Origin: Bdellovibrionales bacterium
GTDB lineage: Bacteria; Bdellovibrionota; Bdellovibrionia; Bdellovibrionales; CAYMLA01
Direction: 5' to 3'
Assembly: GCA_965217115.1 (NCBI GenBank)
Contig: OZ244239.1
Coordinates: 1,856,001-1,920,000, forward strand
DNA length: 64,000 bases
This document shows, piece by piece, positions 22,149-32,031 of the stretch (within the stretch, counting starts at the first letter, position 1; each line of letters begins with the position of its first letter). A program made the translations under genes and the position numbers. The notes under the pieces were generated by a model. The model searched no databases, was not told where the DNA came from, and saw nothing but the letters and a program-made list of their open reading frames with translations.

Positions 22149-23750
22149 TTATTTTTTGGTGAGGTGGTGGGTGAGGGCTTTTCGGTTGATGCGCCAGTTG
22201 TGGCGGGGGTCTAGGGGGAGGTGGGGGAGTTCTTGTATTTGTAGGTTGGGGAGGTTGAAGGGGAGGTTGTTGGGGTTGAGATTGAGATTGAGATTTTTGG
22301 AGTTGGGGGAATTGGTAGAGGGGTTTTCGATGGTGAGGAGGGGGGTGTTTGTTTGGGGGTGCATGATGAGGGCGACGCGGGTGGGGGGGGATTGGTTTTC
22401 GACTTGGTGTTCAAAGGGGAAGGTTGGGTGGAGGGTGCCGTCGATGTTGATTTGATCTTTGATTCTGCCGACGAGCCAGAGGCGGTCTCTTTGGTCAAAG
22501 AAACCTAAGTCGCCTGTGCGATGCCAGGTTTTGCCTTGGAGATCTTTGGGTTTGGTCTGTCGTGTGGCTTCTGGGTTGGCGATGTAATTTTTTATGACGT
22601 GGGGGCCGCTTAAGAGAATCTCTCCCGTCTGTCCCTGGGGGAGGGGGGTTTCTAGTAATTTGTCTTCGGGGGAGAATAGTTTTATTTTAATTCCCTCAAT
22701 GGGTTTTCCGACGAGGTATCCATGGTCTTTTTCTCCAAGAAATTCTTTTATATTTATTCCCGATATGGGTTCGGCCTCTGTTGAGCCGTAGACAATGTAG
22801 TTTTCTGATTGTTGAAATAGATTTTGAATCCTACAGGCTAACCACTGGGGGACGGCTGCTCCACCAGTGACTGAGCTTTGGAAACTTTTCGGAATACAAT
22901 CAGGAGTGATCTGATTGTTAGTGAGATTATTAAAAACAGCAGGGGAGGCTGACATGCGTGTGACTTGCCAACGGTTGAGCTGTTGAACAAGTTTTTGCGG
23001 ACAGGCCTGGGAGGGATAACGCAAATCCATATCGGGGAGAACCGTGGTGATTCCCCAATTGAGATTCATAAGGACGACGAGGGGAAAACCACAGAGGTCC
23101 ACTTCACTGTCATTTTTAGGCCAGCTTCTATGACTGAAAAATCTTTGGTGGGCAATGATCTGATGTTGCCGATCGGCTCCCTTGGGACGACCTGTTGTGC
23201 CTGTTGTGAAGGAGATAAGGGAGGTGTCCCCAGGGGAGATCGAAACCGTGGGTCTCAATAGATCGGCGGTCTCTCTGTCATTGGAGTTATGAATTAAATC
23301 CTGCCAATTTTTTAGAAACAACCCACTGCCGTCGGTGGAGAAAAGTTTTTTATTCCACAGGGCGGGGAGGTAGAAACGATGGCGCAATAATGTCTCTGTG
23401 CTGATAAGCGCCTTTGCTTTTGATAACCTGATGGAGTGTATTAATTGGGTTGGGGAGAGGGTGGTATCGATGAACACGGGAACAATCCCATTGGAAAAGA
23501 GAGCTGCTAAAAAAGCGTAGAAACTCACCGAGACAGGCATAATGACAAGAAAACGATCCCCGGGCTGCAAGTGGTGGTGATCCAACCCCCGACGGAAACC
23601 CTGGACAAGGCTCGCAAACTCGCCATAGGTCCAGACACGCTCTTCTCCCCCTGTCTTTGGTTCGATAAGAGCGACTTTATCGGGGTGTGCCTTTGCATTT
23701 GCAAAAAAATCATCGGCGAGGTTTAGGGGGATTGAAAATTCATGGGACAT
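22149..23750 (-). CDS. AMP-dependent ligase, OleC-like
   Basis: FTTGTTGRPKG, YGSTEAEP, WHRTGDLG; C-terminal PLDPRHN resembles the OleC PVDxRHN motif. Confidence 0.82.
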   Translation of the reverse strand: MSHEFSIPLNLADDFFANAKAHPDKVALIEPKTGGEERVWTYGEFASLVQGFRRGLDHHHLQPGDRFLVIMPVSVSFYAFLAALFSNGIVPVFIDTTLSPTQLIHSIRLSKAKALISTETLLRHRFYLPALWNKKLFSTDGSGLFLKNWQDLIHNSNDRETADLLRPTVSISPGDTSLISFTTGTTGRPKGADRQHQIIAHQRFFSHRSWPKNDSEVDLCGFPLVVLMNLNWGITTVLPDMDLRYPSQACPQKLVQQLNRWQVTRMSASPAVFNNLTNNQITPDCIPKSFQSSVTGGAAVPQWLACRIQNLFQQSENYIVYGSTEAEPISGINIKEFLGEKDHGYLVGKPIEGIKIKLFSPEDKLLETPLPQGQTGEILLSGPHVIKNYIANPEATRQTKPKDLQGKTWHRTGDLGFFDQRDRLWLVGRIKDQINIDGTLHPTFPFEHQVENQSPPTRVALIMHPQTNTPLLTIENPSTNSPNSKNLNLNLNPNNLPFNLPNLQIQELPHLPLDPRHNWRINRKALTHHLTKK

Positions 23751-23900
23751 GTTTTCATCCTACGAAAGGCAGTCATTTTTTGCTAGAAAATAAGCGGTTT
23801 TTGATAGATTATGAGTGATTTAAGATGAAGTCCTCGCCGGACTTATGAACTCCTTGGGAATTCATAGCAGATTGAACGGAAAATAAAAAAGGATGTTTTA

Positions 23901-24800
23901 ATGGGATCTATGATGGGTGGTTTTTTAGAGTGGTTTAAAGAACGTTTTCCACTGGCAGCTGTGTTCTCTGCTTTTCTGATTTACACATTGGTGGCCTCGC
24001 TGTCCAAGTCTATAGATCAAGTGCTGACTTTGCGGGATGTCATCTCTGCAGTAGCCGTGACCTGTCTTTTTCTCTTACTGAGAATATTAGATGAGCACAA
24101 GGACGATGCCTATGATCAGAGAGTTCATCCTGAACGGGTTTTACAGAGAGGGCTCATAAAACTCTCTGATCTAAGGAAGATGGGATATTTTTCGCTCTTG
24201 TTTATGTTAGCTGTCTCTTGGAACACAGGTCTACCGTCTCTATTGTCTTTGCTTATAATGTTGGTATGGGTGTGGTTGATGTATAAAGAATTTTTTGTTG
24301 AAGATTGGTTAAAAGAACATCTTTTGATTTACGGAATAAGTCATTCTCTGGTTTTATTTTTTTTGAGTTTATGGATTGTGACGTTGTCTGTGCCAGTAGT
24401 GATTTTGAATAATCAATTATTTGCGCTGATGGTCTTTATTTTCCTCTTTGCAATGGGCTATGAACTGACCCGCAAAGCGAAGGGGAGGGATGAAGTGAAG
24501 GCGGGGGAGCAGAGTTATACAGAAGTCATGTCCCCTTCAACAGTGGCGGTGATGATTTTCAGTGTCGCCCTCACGGCTCTGATGTTACATATTTATTTAA
24601 TGCTCGGTCTACAAGGGGAGTACCCTCTCTACGCTTGGGTGATGTCAGGAGCTAACGGAGTGTTTTTATTATTCTCTCTTTTCAAGTACATTCAAAAGAC
24701 GGATTGCAAATCCCGAAAGCTCAATGAGATAGCCATGGCCTCGTTGACTTTTTGGAGTTACGCGACTTTGATTTTTGCAACACATGGTTTGACGCTATAG
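23901..24800 (+). CDS. UbiA-like prenyltransferase family membrane protein
   Basis: Multi-TM; KERFP and RILDEHKDDAYD...HPERVLQRG Asp-rich motif. Confidence 0.7.
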   Translation: MGSMMGGFLEWFKERFPLAAVFSAFLIYTLVASLSKSIDQVLTLRDVISAVAVTCLFLLLRILDEHKDDAYDQRVHPERVLQRGLIKLSDLRKMGYFSLLFMLAVSWNTGLPSLLSLLIMLVWVWLMYKEFFVEDWLKEHLLIYGISHSLVLFFLSLWIVTLSVPVVILNNQLFALMVFIFLFAMGYELTRKAKGRDEVKAGEQSYTEVMSPSTVAVMIFSVALTALMLHIYLMLGLQGEYPLYAWVMSGANGVFLLFSLFKYIQKTDCKSRKLNEIAMASLTFWSYATLIFATHGLTL

Positions 24801-25862
24801 ATGACTTTGATTGAAAGATCACTCTCTCTACTTAAAGTCTTTATCCCTGAGATCCCTGTCTCAGAGGATTTTGTGTCGTTTCGTCATCGGCTTGCTGAGA
24901 GAGAATCTGGCCTCAATAGGGAAGATCAAGACATAACGAGGTTTGTCTTTTCACGGGAAAACCTTATGCGCTGGAGAGTAGAGGTTTTTTGGAGTTGTGA
25001 GAGAGATAAAATACGTCTGGCTGGGTTTGTTCATAAAGGTCTGAAGATAGATGGTTTGCGGGTGGCGTTCTTTGGTTTTTGGGACACCGTGGATGACACT
25101 GAAGTCAACCGTCTCAAATTCGCTGAGTTTGAGAGCTGGGCAAAGTCCTGTAAAGCTCAGGTGATCTATGGTCCGATTAATTTTTCGACAGCCTTTGAGT
25201 ATCGTTTGCAGACGGACTCTTTTGAGAAACCTGTTTTCTGGGGTGAGCCTAAGAACCCCAAGTACTACAATCAGATTTTATCAGATCTCGGTTATGGGCC
25301 GGGGGAGAGTTATGTCTCTTATTTTTGTAAGGACATTGGCGAACTGAGGGAGGAGATCAAAAAAAACGTAGCCCCTTTTATGGGTTCTTTAAGGGAAAAG
25401 TATGGAATTGTGCCCATTGAAAAATCCTCTTGGGAAGAGAGGAAGAATGAGATTTTCAAATTGACTGAAAATATTTTCATGGAAAACTTTGCTTACACCC
25501 GTTTTAGTAAAACAGTGTTCAAGTCTTTTTATGGGCAGAGATTTTTAAATCTAATTTGTCCTAGAACGTCTCTCTTCCTACAAGATAAAAGCACGGGAGA
25601 GTTAGTCGGAATGGCGGTTAATTTTAATGACGGAAACCTCTCATCAGGACGGACGTTGTTATTGAAAACGATCGGAGTTGAAAAAAAACATCGACACATG
25701 GGAGCGACATTCCTACTTATTCTTGATGAGGTTTTAAAACGGGCAACGGATTATGAATCTGCGATGTTTTGTCTGATGAAGGAGGGGAATTTCCCAAGTT
25801 TAATCTCAGAAGAGATGGTGATTCAAAAGAGACAGTACGCTCTTTTTAAAAAAGTTCTCTAG
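24801..25862 (+). CDS. GNAT-fold (YghO-like) protein
   Basis: AFFGFWD, GPINFST...YRL, EPKNPKYY, KTIGVEKKHR. Confidence 0.6.
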   Translation: MTLIERSLSLLKVFIPEIPVSEDFVSFRHRLAERESGLNREDQDITRFVFSRENLMRWRVEVFWSCERDKIRLAGFVHKGLKIDGLRVAFFGFWDTVDDTEVNRLKFAEFESWAKSCKAQVIYGPINFSTAFEYRLQTDSFEKPVFWGEPKNPKYYNQILSDLGYGPGESYVSYFCKDIGELREEIKKNVAPFMGSLREKYGIVPIEKSSWEERKNEIFKLTENIFMENFAYTRFSKTVFKSFYGQRFLNLICPRTSLFLQDKSTGELVGMAVNFNDGNLSSGRTLLLKTIGVEKKHRHMGATFLLILDEVLKRATDYESAMFCLMKEGNFPSLISEEMVIQKRQYALFKKVL

Positions 25863-25910
25863 ATGCTGGAAAAATTGAGAGTCGGTTCTTCTAGAGAGCC
25901 CAATCTCTTG

Positions 25911-28148
25911 TTAGAGAGAGTTTTTAGTTTTGAGTAACCCCTTTAAGAGCCATATATCTCCGAAGGCAGAGAGAAAAACACCTAACATCATGAGTAAACC
26001 CAGAGTTCTCATGGGGTCAAAATAACCAAAGAAGAAAACACCTGTCGCCAAAACAGTCCCGCAAGTCACAAGGAGGGAGGCCGTCCCTATTTTATTAACA
26101 CTGTGGTTGAGAGTGGTGTTTTTTTTGAAGAAGAGTAAAAATTGAATGGCATTATCTCCAGTTAACCCAACTAGGATGGATGCAACCATGCTTAGAATGT
26201 AATAAATAGGGATATTAAAAAAATAAAAGACACACAGAAGAGCGGCAGGGCCCCACATAGCTGAAATAAATAGGGGAAAGAAGCTACTTTTATTAAATGC
26301 TAAACACAGGAAGAGAAGGACCAGGGAGACCAAAACAAGGCTTCCCCCTAAGCTCTTATAGAGGGAGCTTAAAACCCGTTCTCCCAGTTCTCCGTAGGAG
26401 ACAACACTGCCCGCAAGCCAACATTTTTGATTGGGACAGAGGTCGGCGATTTTTTTTCTCATGGGATTGATATTGGAGATATCCAGATCACGCAGGTAGA
26501 GCAAAGAGCGAGAGACACCTCGATCATCAGGGCCGAGGCGATGGCCGAGTGTGTTGTCTTTTATGAGTTCAGTAAAATAAGCTCCCATGCTGGGACTGAG
26601 ATCATTTGTGAGGTAGCTGTTAATAGTGTAGGGGTCTTCAATTTGACTGACAAGGGGCCACGTCTCAACTGTTTTAAGAACTGATTGATTGAACTCTTTG
26701 TTTTCGTGGTCGCTAAACACGAGGCTTGCAGTTCCCTGCCAACCCCTGGTTTTTTTAATCTCTCTGGCTGCTTGCCGCGCGGGATGGTCGGAGCGGAATA
26801 AGCGGATGGGGGAGTCAGAGACGTAGAGTTTTTGTGTTGCCCATAAACCTATGGGAAAAGCCAACAGAGCTAGCCAAGTGACAAGCCTCGGAGCTTTGCG
26901 GTGGTTGAGGTTGAAAAACTTAAAGTGCACAGCTTTTTCAGGTCGTGTCCACTTTTGCAGTCTGGGAATTGCCTTCAGTAATGCGGGTAGAGCAACAAGC
27001 ATAAAAACCCATTCTAATGCCGCCGAAGCTGCTGCCCATAATCCAAAACGCCGTATCATATCAAGATCAGCAAAAGCAAGGGAGCCAAAGCCAATAACAG
27101 TGGTCAGGGAGGTGAAAAAACTGGGGAGAATTAATCTTCTAAACCCCTTGCGCCAGCCGTATTTCTGGGAAAAATACGATAGAAATATAAAGTCCTCTAG
27201 AGAGGAGATAAAAATCATAAGGGATAGAGAGCTAGAGAGAACATCGATGGGGTGATTAGCCAGAGCCATGCCTGCATAGATGGGCAGAGTGATACAAGTG
27301 ACAACAGATAAAAACAAGCCACCACTTAGGAGAGTGCCTAGAAATAAACGGAGAAAAATAATTAAGAGAAAGCCCATGAGCATATTCAGTCCAGGCATCG
27401 TTTCGTAGCCTTTATGGAGGTGGTATTGGAAAATACCATCACCGATCCAGATGGCTTTGAGATGGGGGTGTTTTTGTAGAACAATTTCCTGGAAACTTTT
27501 TTGCAGTTCTTCAACAAGGAGAGGGTTGAAAGTTCCAAGAATGGAGGCTTGCTTCCTAGCATCTGGATAGATGAGAATGGCAAGGTCTGTGCCCTTTTGA
27601 GAAGTGAGTGTTCCTCTCCAAGGAGATTTAGTGATTTGAGCCATTCCAGCAGTGATGACTTCAGATTCAGGCAGGGTGTTCGTGCAATCAATATTGAGCA
27701 TGGGGAGTGTGCGGAATTTTGCATGGGTCTCTGTGGGCCAGCTTAGTCCGAGGGTGGAGACAATGGCATTGAGGTCTGATCGAGTATCAGCTTGTTTTTG
27801 TATCCAATGGAGGAGGCCACACATTTCACTTTTATTGGGGATGAGTCCATCTTTGCGGCTTATGATAATACCTATTTCATCTTGGGAGAGAAAGCGATCT
27901 TTAAGCTCATTTAATTGTTCGTATGTGTGGAAATCAGGGTCAATCAAATCATCGATACTGATGAGCATTTTTAAACTCTTTAGAGGGACAAAAGATGAGA
28001 GCAAGAAGAGACTTAAAAAGATCAGAGTTGTCTTTGGTTTTTTTATGGAAAATCGATGGATCTTAAGCAGGGTAAGATGAAGTCGACGAACTAGACCTAA
28101 AGCTAGGTTTCTCTCTAATATGGGGGGCGATACACGTTTCATTTGCAT
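25911..28148 (-). CDS. MMPL/RND-family lipid transporter-like protein
   Basis: Two TM bundles separated by soluble domains; TSLTTVIGFGSL, GLTGDNAIQF. Confidence 0.75.
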   Translation of the reverse strand: MQMKRVSPPILERNLALGLVRRLHLTLLKIHRFSIKKPKTTLIFLSLFLLSSFVPLKSLKMLISIDDLIDPDFHTYEQLNELKDRFLSQDEIGIIISRKDGLIPNKSEMCGLLHWIQKQADTRSDLNAIVSTLGLSWPTETHAKFRTLPMLNIDCTNTLPESEVITAGMAQITKSPWRGTLTSQKGTDLAILIYPDARKQASILGTFNPLLVEELQKSFQEIVLQKHPHLKAIWIGDGIFQYHLHKGYETMPGLNMLMGFLLIIFLRLFLGTLLSGGLFLSVVTCITLPIYAGMALANHPIDVLSSSLSLMIFISSLEDFIFLSYFSQKYGWRKGFRRLILPSFFTSLTTVIGFGSLAFADLDMIRRFGLWAAASAALEWVFMLVALPALLKAIPRLQKWTRPEKAVHFKFFNLNHRKAPRLVTWLALLAFPIGLWATQKLYVSDSPIRLFRSDHPARQAAREIKKTRGWQGTASLVFSDHENKEFNQSVLKTVETWPLVSQIEDPYTINSYLTNDLSPSMGAYFTELIKDNTLGHRLGPDDRGVSRSLLYLRDLDISNINPMRKKIADLCPNQKCWLAGSVVSYGELGERVLSSLYKSLGGSLVLVSLVLLFLCLAFNKSSFFPLFISAMWGPAALLCVFYFFNIPIYYILSMVASILVGLTGDNAIQFLLFFKKNTTLNHSVNKIGTASLLVTCGTVLATGVFFFGYFDPMRTLGLLMMLGVFLSAFGDIWLLKGLLKTKNSL

Positions 28149-28232
28149 ATGAGAATATGTGGGCTTGTAAAAGAGTGCAATTGAAATATTCTTTTGGAGT
28201 TTGTTTCTATTAATAATTAAGGAGAATCTAGC

Positions 28233-29834
28233 ATGAAAAGAATGGGAATCTTTATCTGGCTCTGTGTGATGTTGTCTTCATCAATGGGGTTTTCAAAGAA
28301 AATGATTATCTACAAAACGCGACCTCTGACTTTGAAAAATGACACCCTCTCATCAGAGGATTTTAAGGAAAAACTAGAGGGGATTCAAAAATTAAAGCGA
28401 CGAAAGATCGCTGCAACGGACACCTTTGACGAGAGTACAGCCTTGTCTGTCTCCTTTAGAAATATCCGGAACCATTTAATTGGTGGGGAGGTTATTTTTG
28501 ATAATGGAAAGAGAGAAACTGTGCCAGGAGCTAAATCGGCTGCCGATATCAATGGACTCCTTTTGAGTTTAGAGAATAATCTTCAAAAGGGTAAATATGA
28601 TCAGCACCCAGATGCAAGACTCTTAGCAGCACAGCTTCTTATGCTAAGGCCTCTAAGGGGATTTATTGCAAGGTCCAAGGGTATTTTTAGTACAAAAGAT
28701 GGTAATGCTCGTACAGCACGTGGCTTAGCGATCACTCTATTAAGATTAACAGCGGCGGGGATTGATACTTATTTACCGACAGAGCAGTGGTCTGCTGCTT
28801 TTGATTATGTGACTCAACCCTTTTACAGAAAAAAGCGATCTGAAAGGTTATGTCAAAAAAAATGGCATGACCAATGTGACATGACAGATGGCCCAGCTTT
28901 ACAGGCATTTTTGATAAATGAAATCTTCCCTAGATTAGAAAATATTAAAGGCGTTCTTGCTGAATTAACGAGTGAGAAATATGAGAAGAGAGTGATCTAT
29001 TGGGACAATAAACTTCTCTTTGGAAGTGCCAATTTTGTATCCCACAAAGATCGTTATTTACGCTTAGGTCAGGCAGAGCGTCTATTGATGTTGTCCGCAA
29101 CCCAAGCAACTCAAAGCTCGATCTTGGGTATGAATGCCTATCATATAAATGGGTTCTTTGAAACTTTTGATACCATAGGTAAGAAATACGGGATAGGAAG
29201 TGTCTTTCAATCTCAATCGGCAACGGCCCAGGGAAGATTTGAAGCATTTAAAAAACCAGCGGATCTCTTCCGCTTTAAGACAGAAAAACTCACTTTATCT
29301 AAATCTTATATGAAAGCGAGTTATGACAGACTTAAAGCATCCATGCAGAATGCCTATTTGGCTTGGCAGATATTGGATGCTGGAGAAAGTAGCCGAAGGT
29401 TACAGAATAATCTTATTGATCCCCGTTTGGTTGTGCCTTTTCGAAGGGTTATGAACAATGCTTGGCCAAATGCATTGGCTTCAGTGGGAATGAATTTAGA
29501 TTTTGAAGAAGTGGAAAAAGGGGAAGTGGTTAGTTCTGTCGTTAATGGAGAGAAGGTCGTGGTGAGTTTAAAGAAATTTTTTGATGACCCCCCAAAATCA
29601 TTAAAAGTTTTTATGCCAACAGGGTTTATACAGGGAGATGAATTTTTGCATAATAACTTTGGTAAGTATCGAAATTATAGAAGAGGCAATCCTAAGCAAT
29701 GGAATGTAGATACCTATGGAAAATACTTTGAGGGAGTGAGAAGCTCTCAGGATGTTAAGCGAATAGCTCGGGTTCTCTCTCAATCTTGGGGTGGTTTCCT
29801 ATTGGGCTTACCGTTAGGCGTTGTTATGATGTAA
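28233..29834 (+). CDS. secreted hypothetical protein
   Basis: 533-aa ORF with AGGAG RBS and N-terminal signal peptide. Confidence 0.7.
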   Translation: MKRMGIFIWLCVMLSSSMGFSKKMIIYKTRPLTLKNDTLSSEDFKEKLEGIQKLKRRKIAATDTFDESTALSVSFRNIRNHLIGGEVIFDNGKRETVPGAKSAADINGLLLSLENNLQKGKYDQHPDARLLAAQLLMLRPLRGFIARSKGIFSTKDGNARTARGLAITLLRLTAAGIDTYLPTEQWSAAFDYVTQPFYRKKRSERLCQKKWHDQCDMTDGPALQAFLINEIFPRLENIKGVLAELTSEKYEKRVIYWDNKLLFGSANFVSHKDRYLRLGQAERLLMLSATQATQSSILGMNAYHINGFFETFDTIGKKYGIGSVFQSQSATAQGRFEAFKKPADLFRFKTEKLTLSKSYMKASYDRLKASMQNAYLAWQILDAGESSRRLQNNLIDPRLVVPFRRVMNNAWPNALASVGMNLDFEEVEKGEVVSSVVNGEKVVVSLKKFFDDPPKSLKVFMPTGFIQGDEFLHNNFGKYRNYRRGNPKQWNVDTYGKYFEGVRSSQDVKRIARVLSQSWGGFLLGLPLGVVMM

Positions 29835-29837
29835 TAT

Positions 29838-30950
29838 TTATTTTTCTAAGACAGTGAAGTTAGAATAGAGCCAAAGTCGATCTTGTTGAGAGAGACTTTG
29901 GCTTTTTCCATTGTTTTTCTTCCATGATTCTCCAGAGTATTCCCGTGGAACAAGAAGAGACCAATAGGCTAATTGACTGTTGGGATGAGATTTCTGTGCG
30001 AGGGATGAGAAGGTTTTTTGGCAGTGTTCTTCCGACATGTACTCGAAGATGTCGGAGAGGTTAAAAAAATCAAAAGCCGGAGTGCCTTCATCAGATAAAT
30101 AGCTTTCCAGATCTGCTTTAAGTGGTTGAAGATTTTGAATTTTACCTTTTATGACCCCATAGGTTTCAGGATTTCTCTCGGGTATATCAAACTGATTAAG
30201 CAAGAAATCTCCTGTGATAAAGTGATAGAGAAAGGGGTTTTGACTAATGAGTTGAGTTTCAATAAGTTTTTCAAATTTCTGCACAAATTTTTGACCAATG
30301 TTTATTTTTTGAACATAAGCAAATTGGGCTGAGTCCCTGGCGACGCCCTCCATTGCCGCTTGACTGAAGAATTCCGCTGCAGAGGTTCGCACTGTTTCAA
30401 TGTGTGAATGCTGCCAGAGATTTATTTGCTCTTCTAAACGTGTGGTGTGACACATTTTTTGGAGATTCTCAGAAGTCCAGAGCTTGTTGAAAACACCCTG
30501 TCTAAATTTTTGAAAATAACTTTCGAGACGACCGTTGTGGGCGATGCCGTTCATAAGAATGTCTCTGTTTTGCCCCCAAAAATCACGGGAGTCACTGTTT
30601 AACGATGCTTGTAGGCCCTGGTAAAGAGTTTGTCTGCGTGAGCTGTGTTGGTAGCCCATGAGTTCACAGTGTTCACTGAAGCTGTGACTTTCAATGGAGG
30701 CTTTCTTGAGTTCAACAAGAGAGATTTGTGCGGGGCTGAGGTCAATAGCGACGACTTTATCAAAGTGAGTGAGCAAGGCTAAGGCGTTATCTCCCGAGCT
30801 AGCGATGGAGAGTGCAATGGACGGTGTTGGAGATTTTTCTTTTTTGGATTGAAGAGAGTTTGACGTGTTCAAGAGAAGTCGTGGGTCCTCCCAAACTAAG
30901 GAGTAACGAATATGATCAAAGGTCATTTTATTTTTTAAATTTGATTCCAT
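29838..30950 (-). CDS. DUF3419/BtaA-like SAM-dependent transferase
   Basis: IRYSLVWEDP, SIASSGDNAL, AIDLSPAQ, FNLSDIFEYM. Confidence 0.8.
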   Translation of the reverse strand: MESNLKNKMTFDHIRYSLVWEDPRLLLNTSNSLQSKKEKSPTPSIALSIASSGDNALALLTHFDKVVAIDLSPAQISLVELKKASIESHSFSEHCELMGYQHSSRRQTLYQGLQASLNSDSRDFWGQNRDILMNGIAHNGRLESYFQKFRQGVFNKLWTSENLQKMCHTTRLEEQINLWQHSHIETVRTSAAEFFSQAAMEGVARDSAQFAYVQKINIGQKFVQKFEKLIETQLISQNPFLYHFITGDFLLNQFDIPERNPETYGVIKGKIQNLQPLKADLESYLSDEGTPAFDFFNLSDIFEYMSEEHCQKTFSSLAQKSHPNSQLAYWSLLVPREYSGESWKKNNGKSQSLSQQDRLWLYSNFTVLEK

Positions 30951-30995
30951 AAAATCGGCCTAGGTTTTAAGTGAAGAAGTTCTAATAGTCAGATT

Positions 30996-31724
30996 CTAAT
31001 AGTCAGATAAGAATGAAGGGCAATAAAAGTTTTCCACATTGCAATATTTCCTGTAGGGGTGAACAGGGTGATTAGAAACCCCTTTCTCTATGATGTGTTT
31101 GATGTTTTCCAGGTTTTTTTTAAAAATTTCACGGGTGTTCTCTTTGGCCAACAGTGTAAAGGATCTCTCCCAAAAGTAATAGGTCAGCCTGGCGAGATGA
31201 TCAGAGGGGTTTTTACTTTGGTTCACACTGAGATCTTTGTATTTAACAGGTGTTGCACGAAACGTGACCATTGTTTTTTTGGGGGAGAGGTATTTGTATT
31301 CCCGTTCGACTTTAATTTCCCAGGATTTCTGGTATCCATCTCCAAGGTATCCATGGAAATTAGAGGCTCGAATGTGTTTGTAATAGAGGTCTTTTTCTTT
31401 TCTTACAGAAATGATCTCTTCATCCCAAAATATGCCAGTTTCATCGGCATTGCGAAAGCCTCTACTTGTATAACCAATATCAACAGCTGACTTTCCTTCG
31501 TTTTGCGGGCAATCAGTCACAGGACATTTTACAATTTTAGAAAAAAACACGGACCAAGAGGCTGCATTTTCGTTGTTACCAATGAAATTCCAAACATCGT
31601 CAATGGAGCTGTTAATGACAATCGAAGCTTCAGCAACCTCTGCGTTATGGCAAAATGCCGGAAATGGAGTTATGGCAATGAGATTAAAGAGAGAAATAAA
31701 TAAGAGAGATTTCATAAATAACAC
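30996..31724 (-). CDS. secreted SRPBCC/START-like lipid-binding protein
   Basis: Signal peptide; ASIVINSSIDDVWNFI...W N-terminal pattern; C-terminal helix NLENIKHIIE. Confidence 0.55.
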   Translation of the reverse strand: MLFMKSLLFISLFNLIAITPFPAFCHNAEVAEASIVINSSIDDVWNFIGNNENAASWSVFFSKIVKCPVTDCPQNEGKSAVDIGYTSRGFRNADETGIFWDEEIISVRKEKDLYYKHIRASNFHGYLGDGYQKSWEIKVEREYKYLSPKKTMVTFRATPVKYKDLSVNQSKNPSDHLARLTYYFWERSFTLLAKENTREIFKKNLENIKHIIEKGVSNHPVHPYRKYCNVENFYCPSFLSDY

Positions 31725-32031
31725 TCCAAAATGGGGTCTGGCTCTATCTCCCCAGGAGATCGATGGCTCATCACTTTATGGCCGTTGGTAAAACCAGCCT
31801 TTTAGAATATATCCTCTGTGTCATTGAGGAGACAACTTAAATATTAAATGATCCCTCTTCGGGGGGGCGAGGTGTCTCTGAGGCTCTGGGTGAATAAGTG
31901 TTTGGAGAGGTTTTTTCGAAGAGGGTTTACCTAGACCTTTGTCTGTAATATAAGAATTGAACTCACCTTTTTGAGAGTGATCAGGGTAGACTTTTGTGTG
32001 GTCAACTCTTGTTAAATAGGGGTACTTTTCC

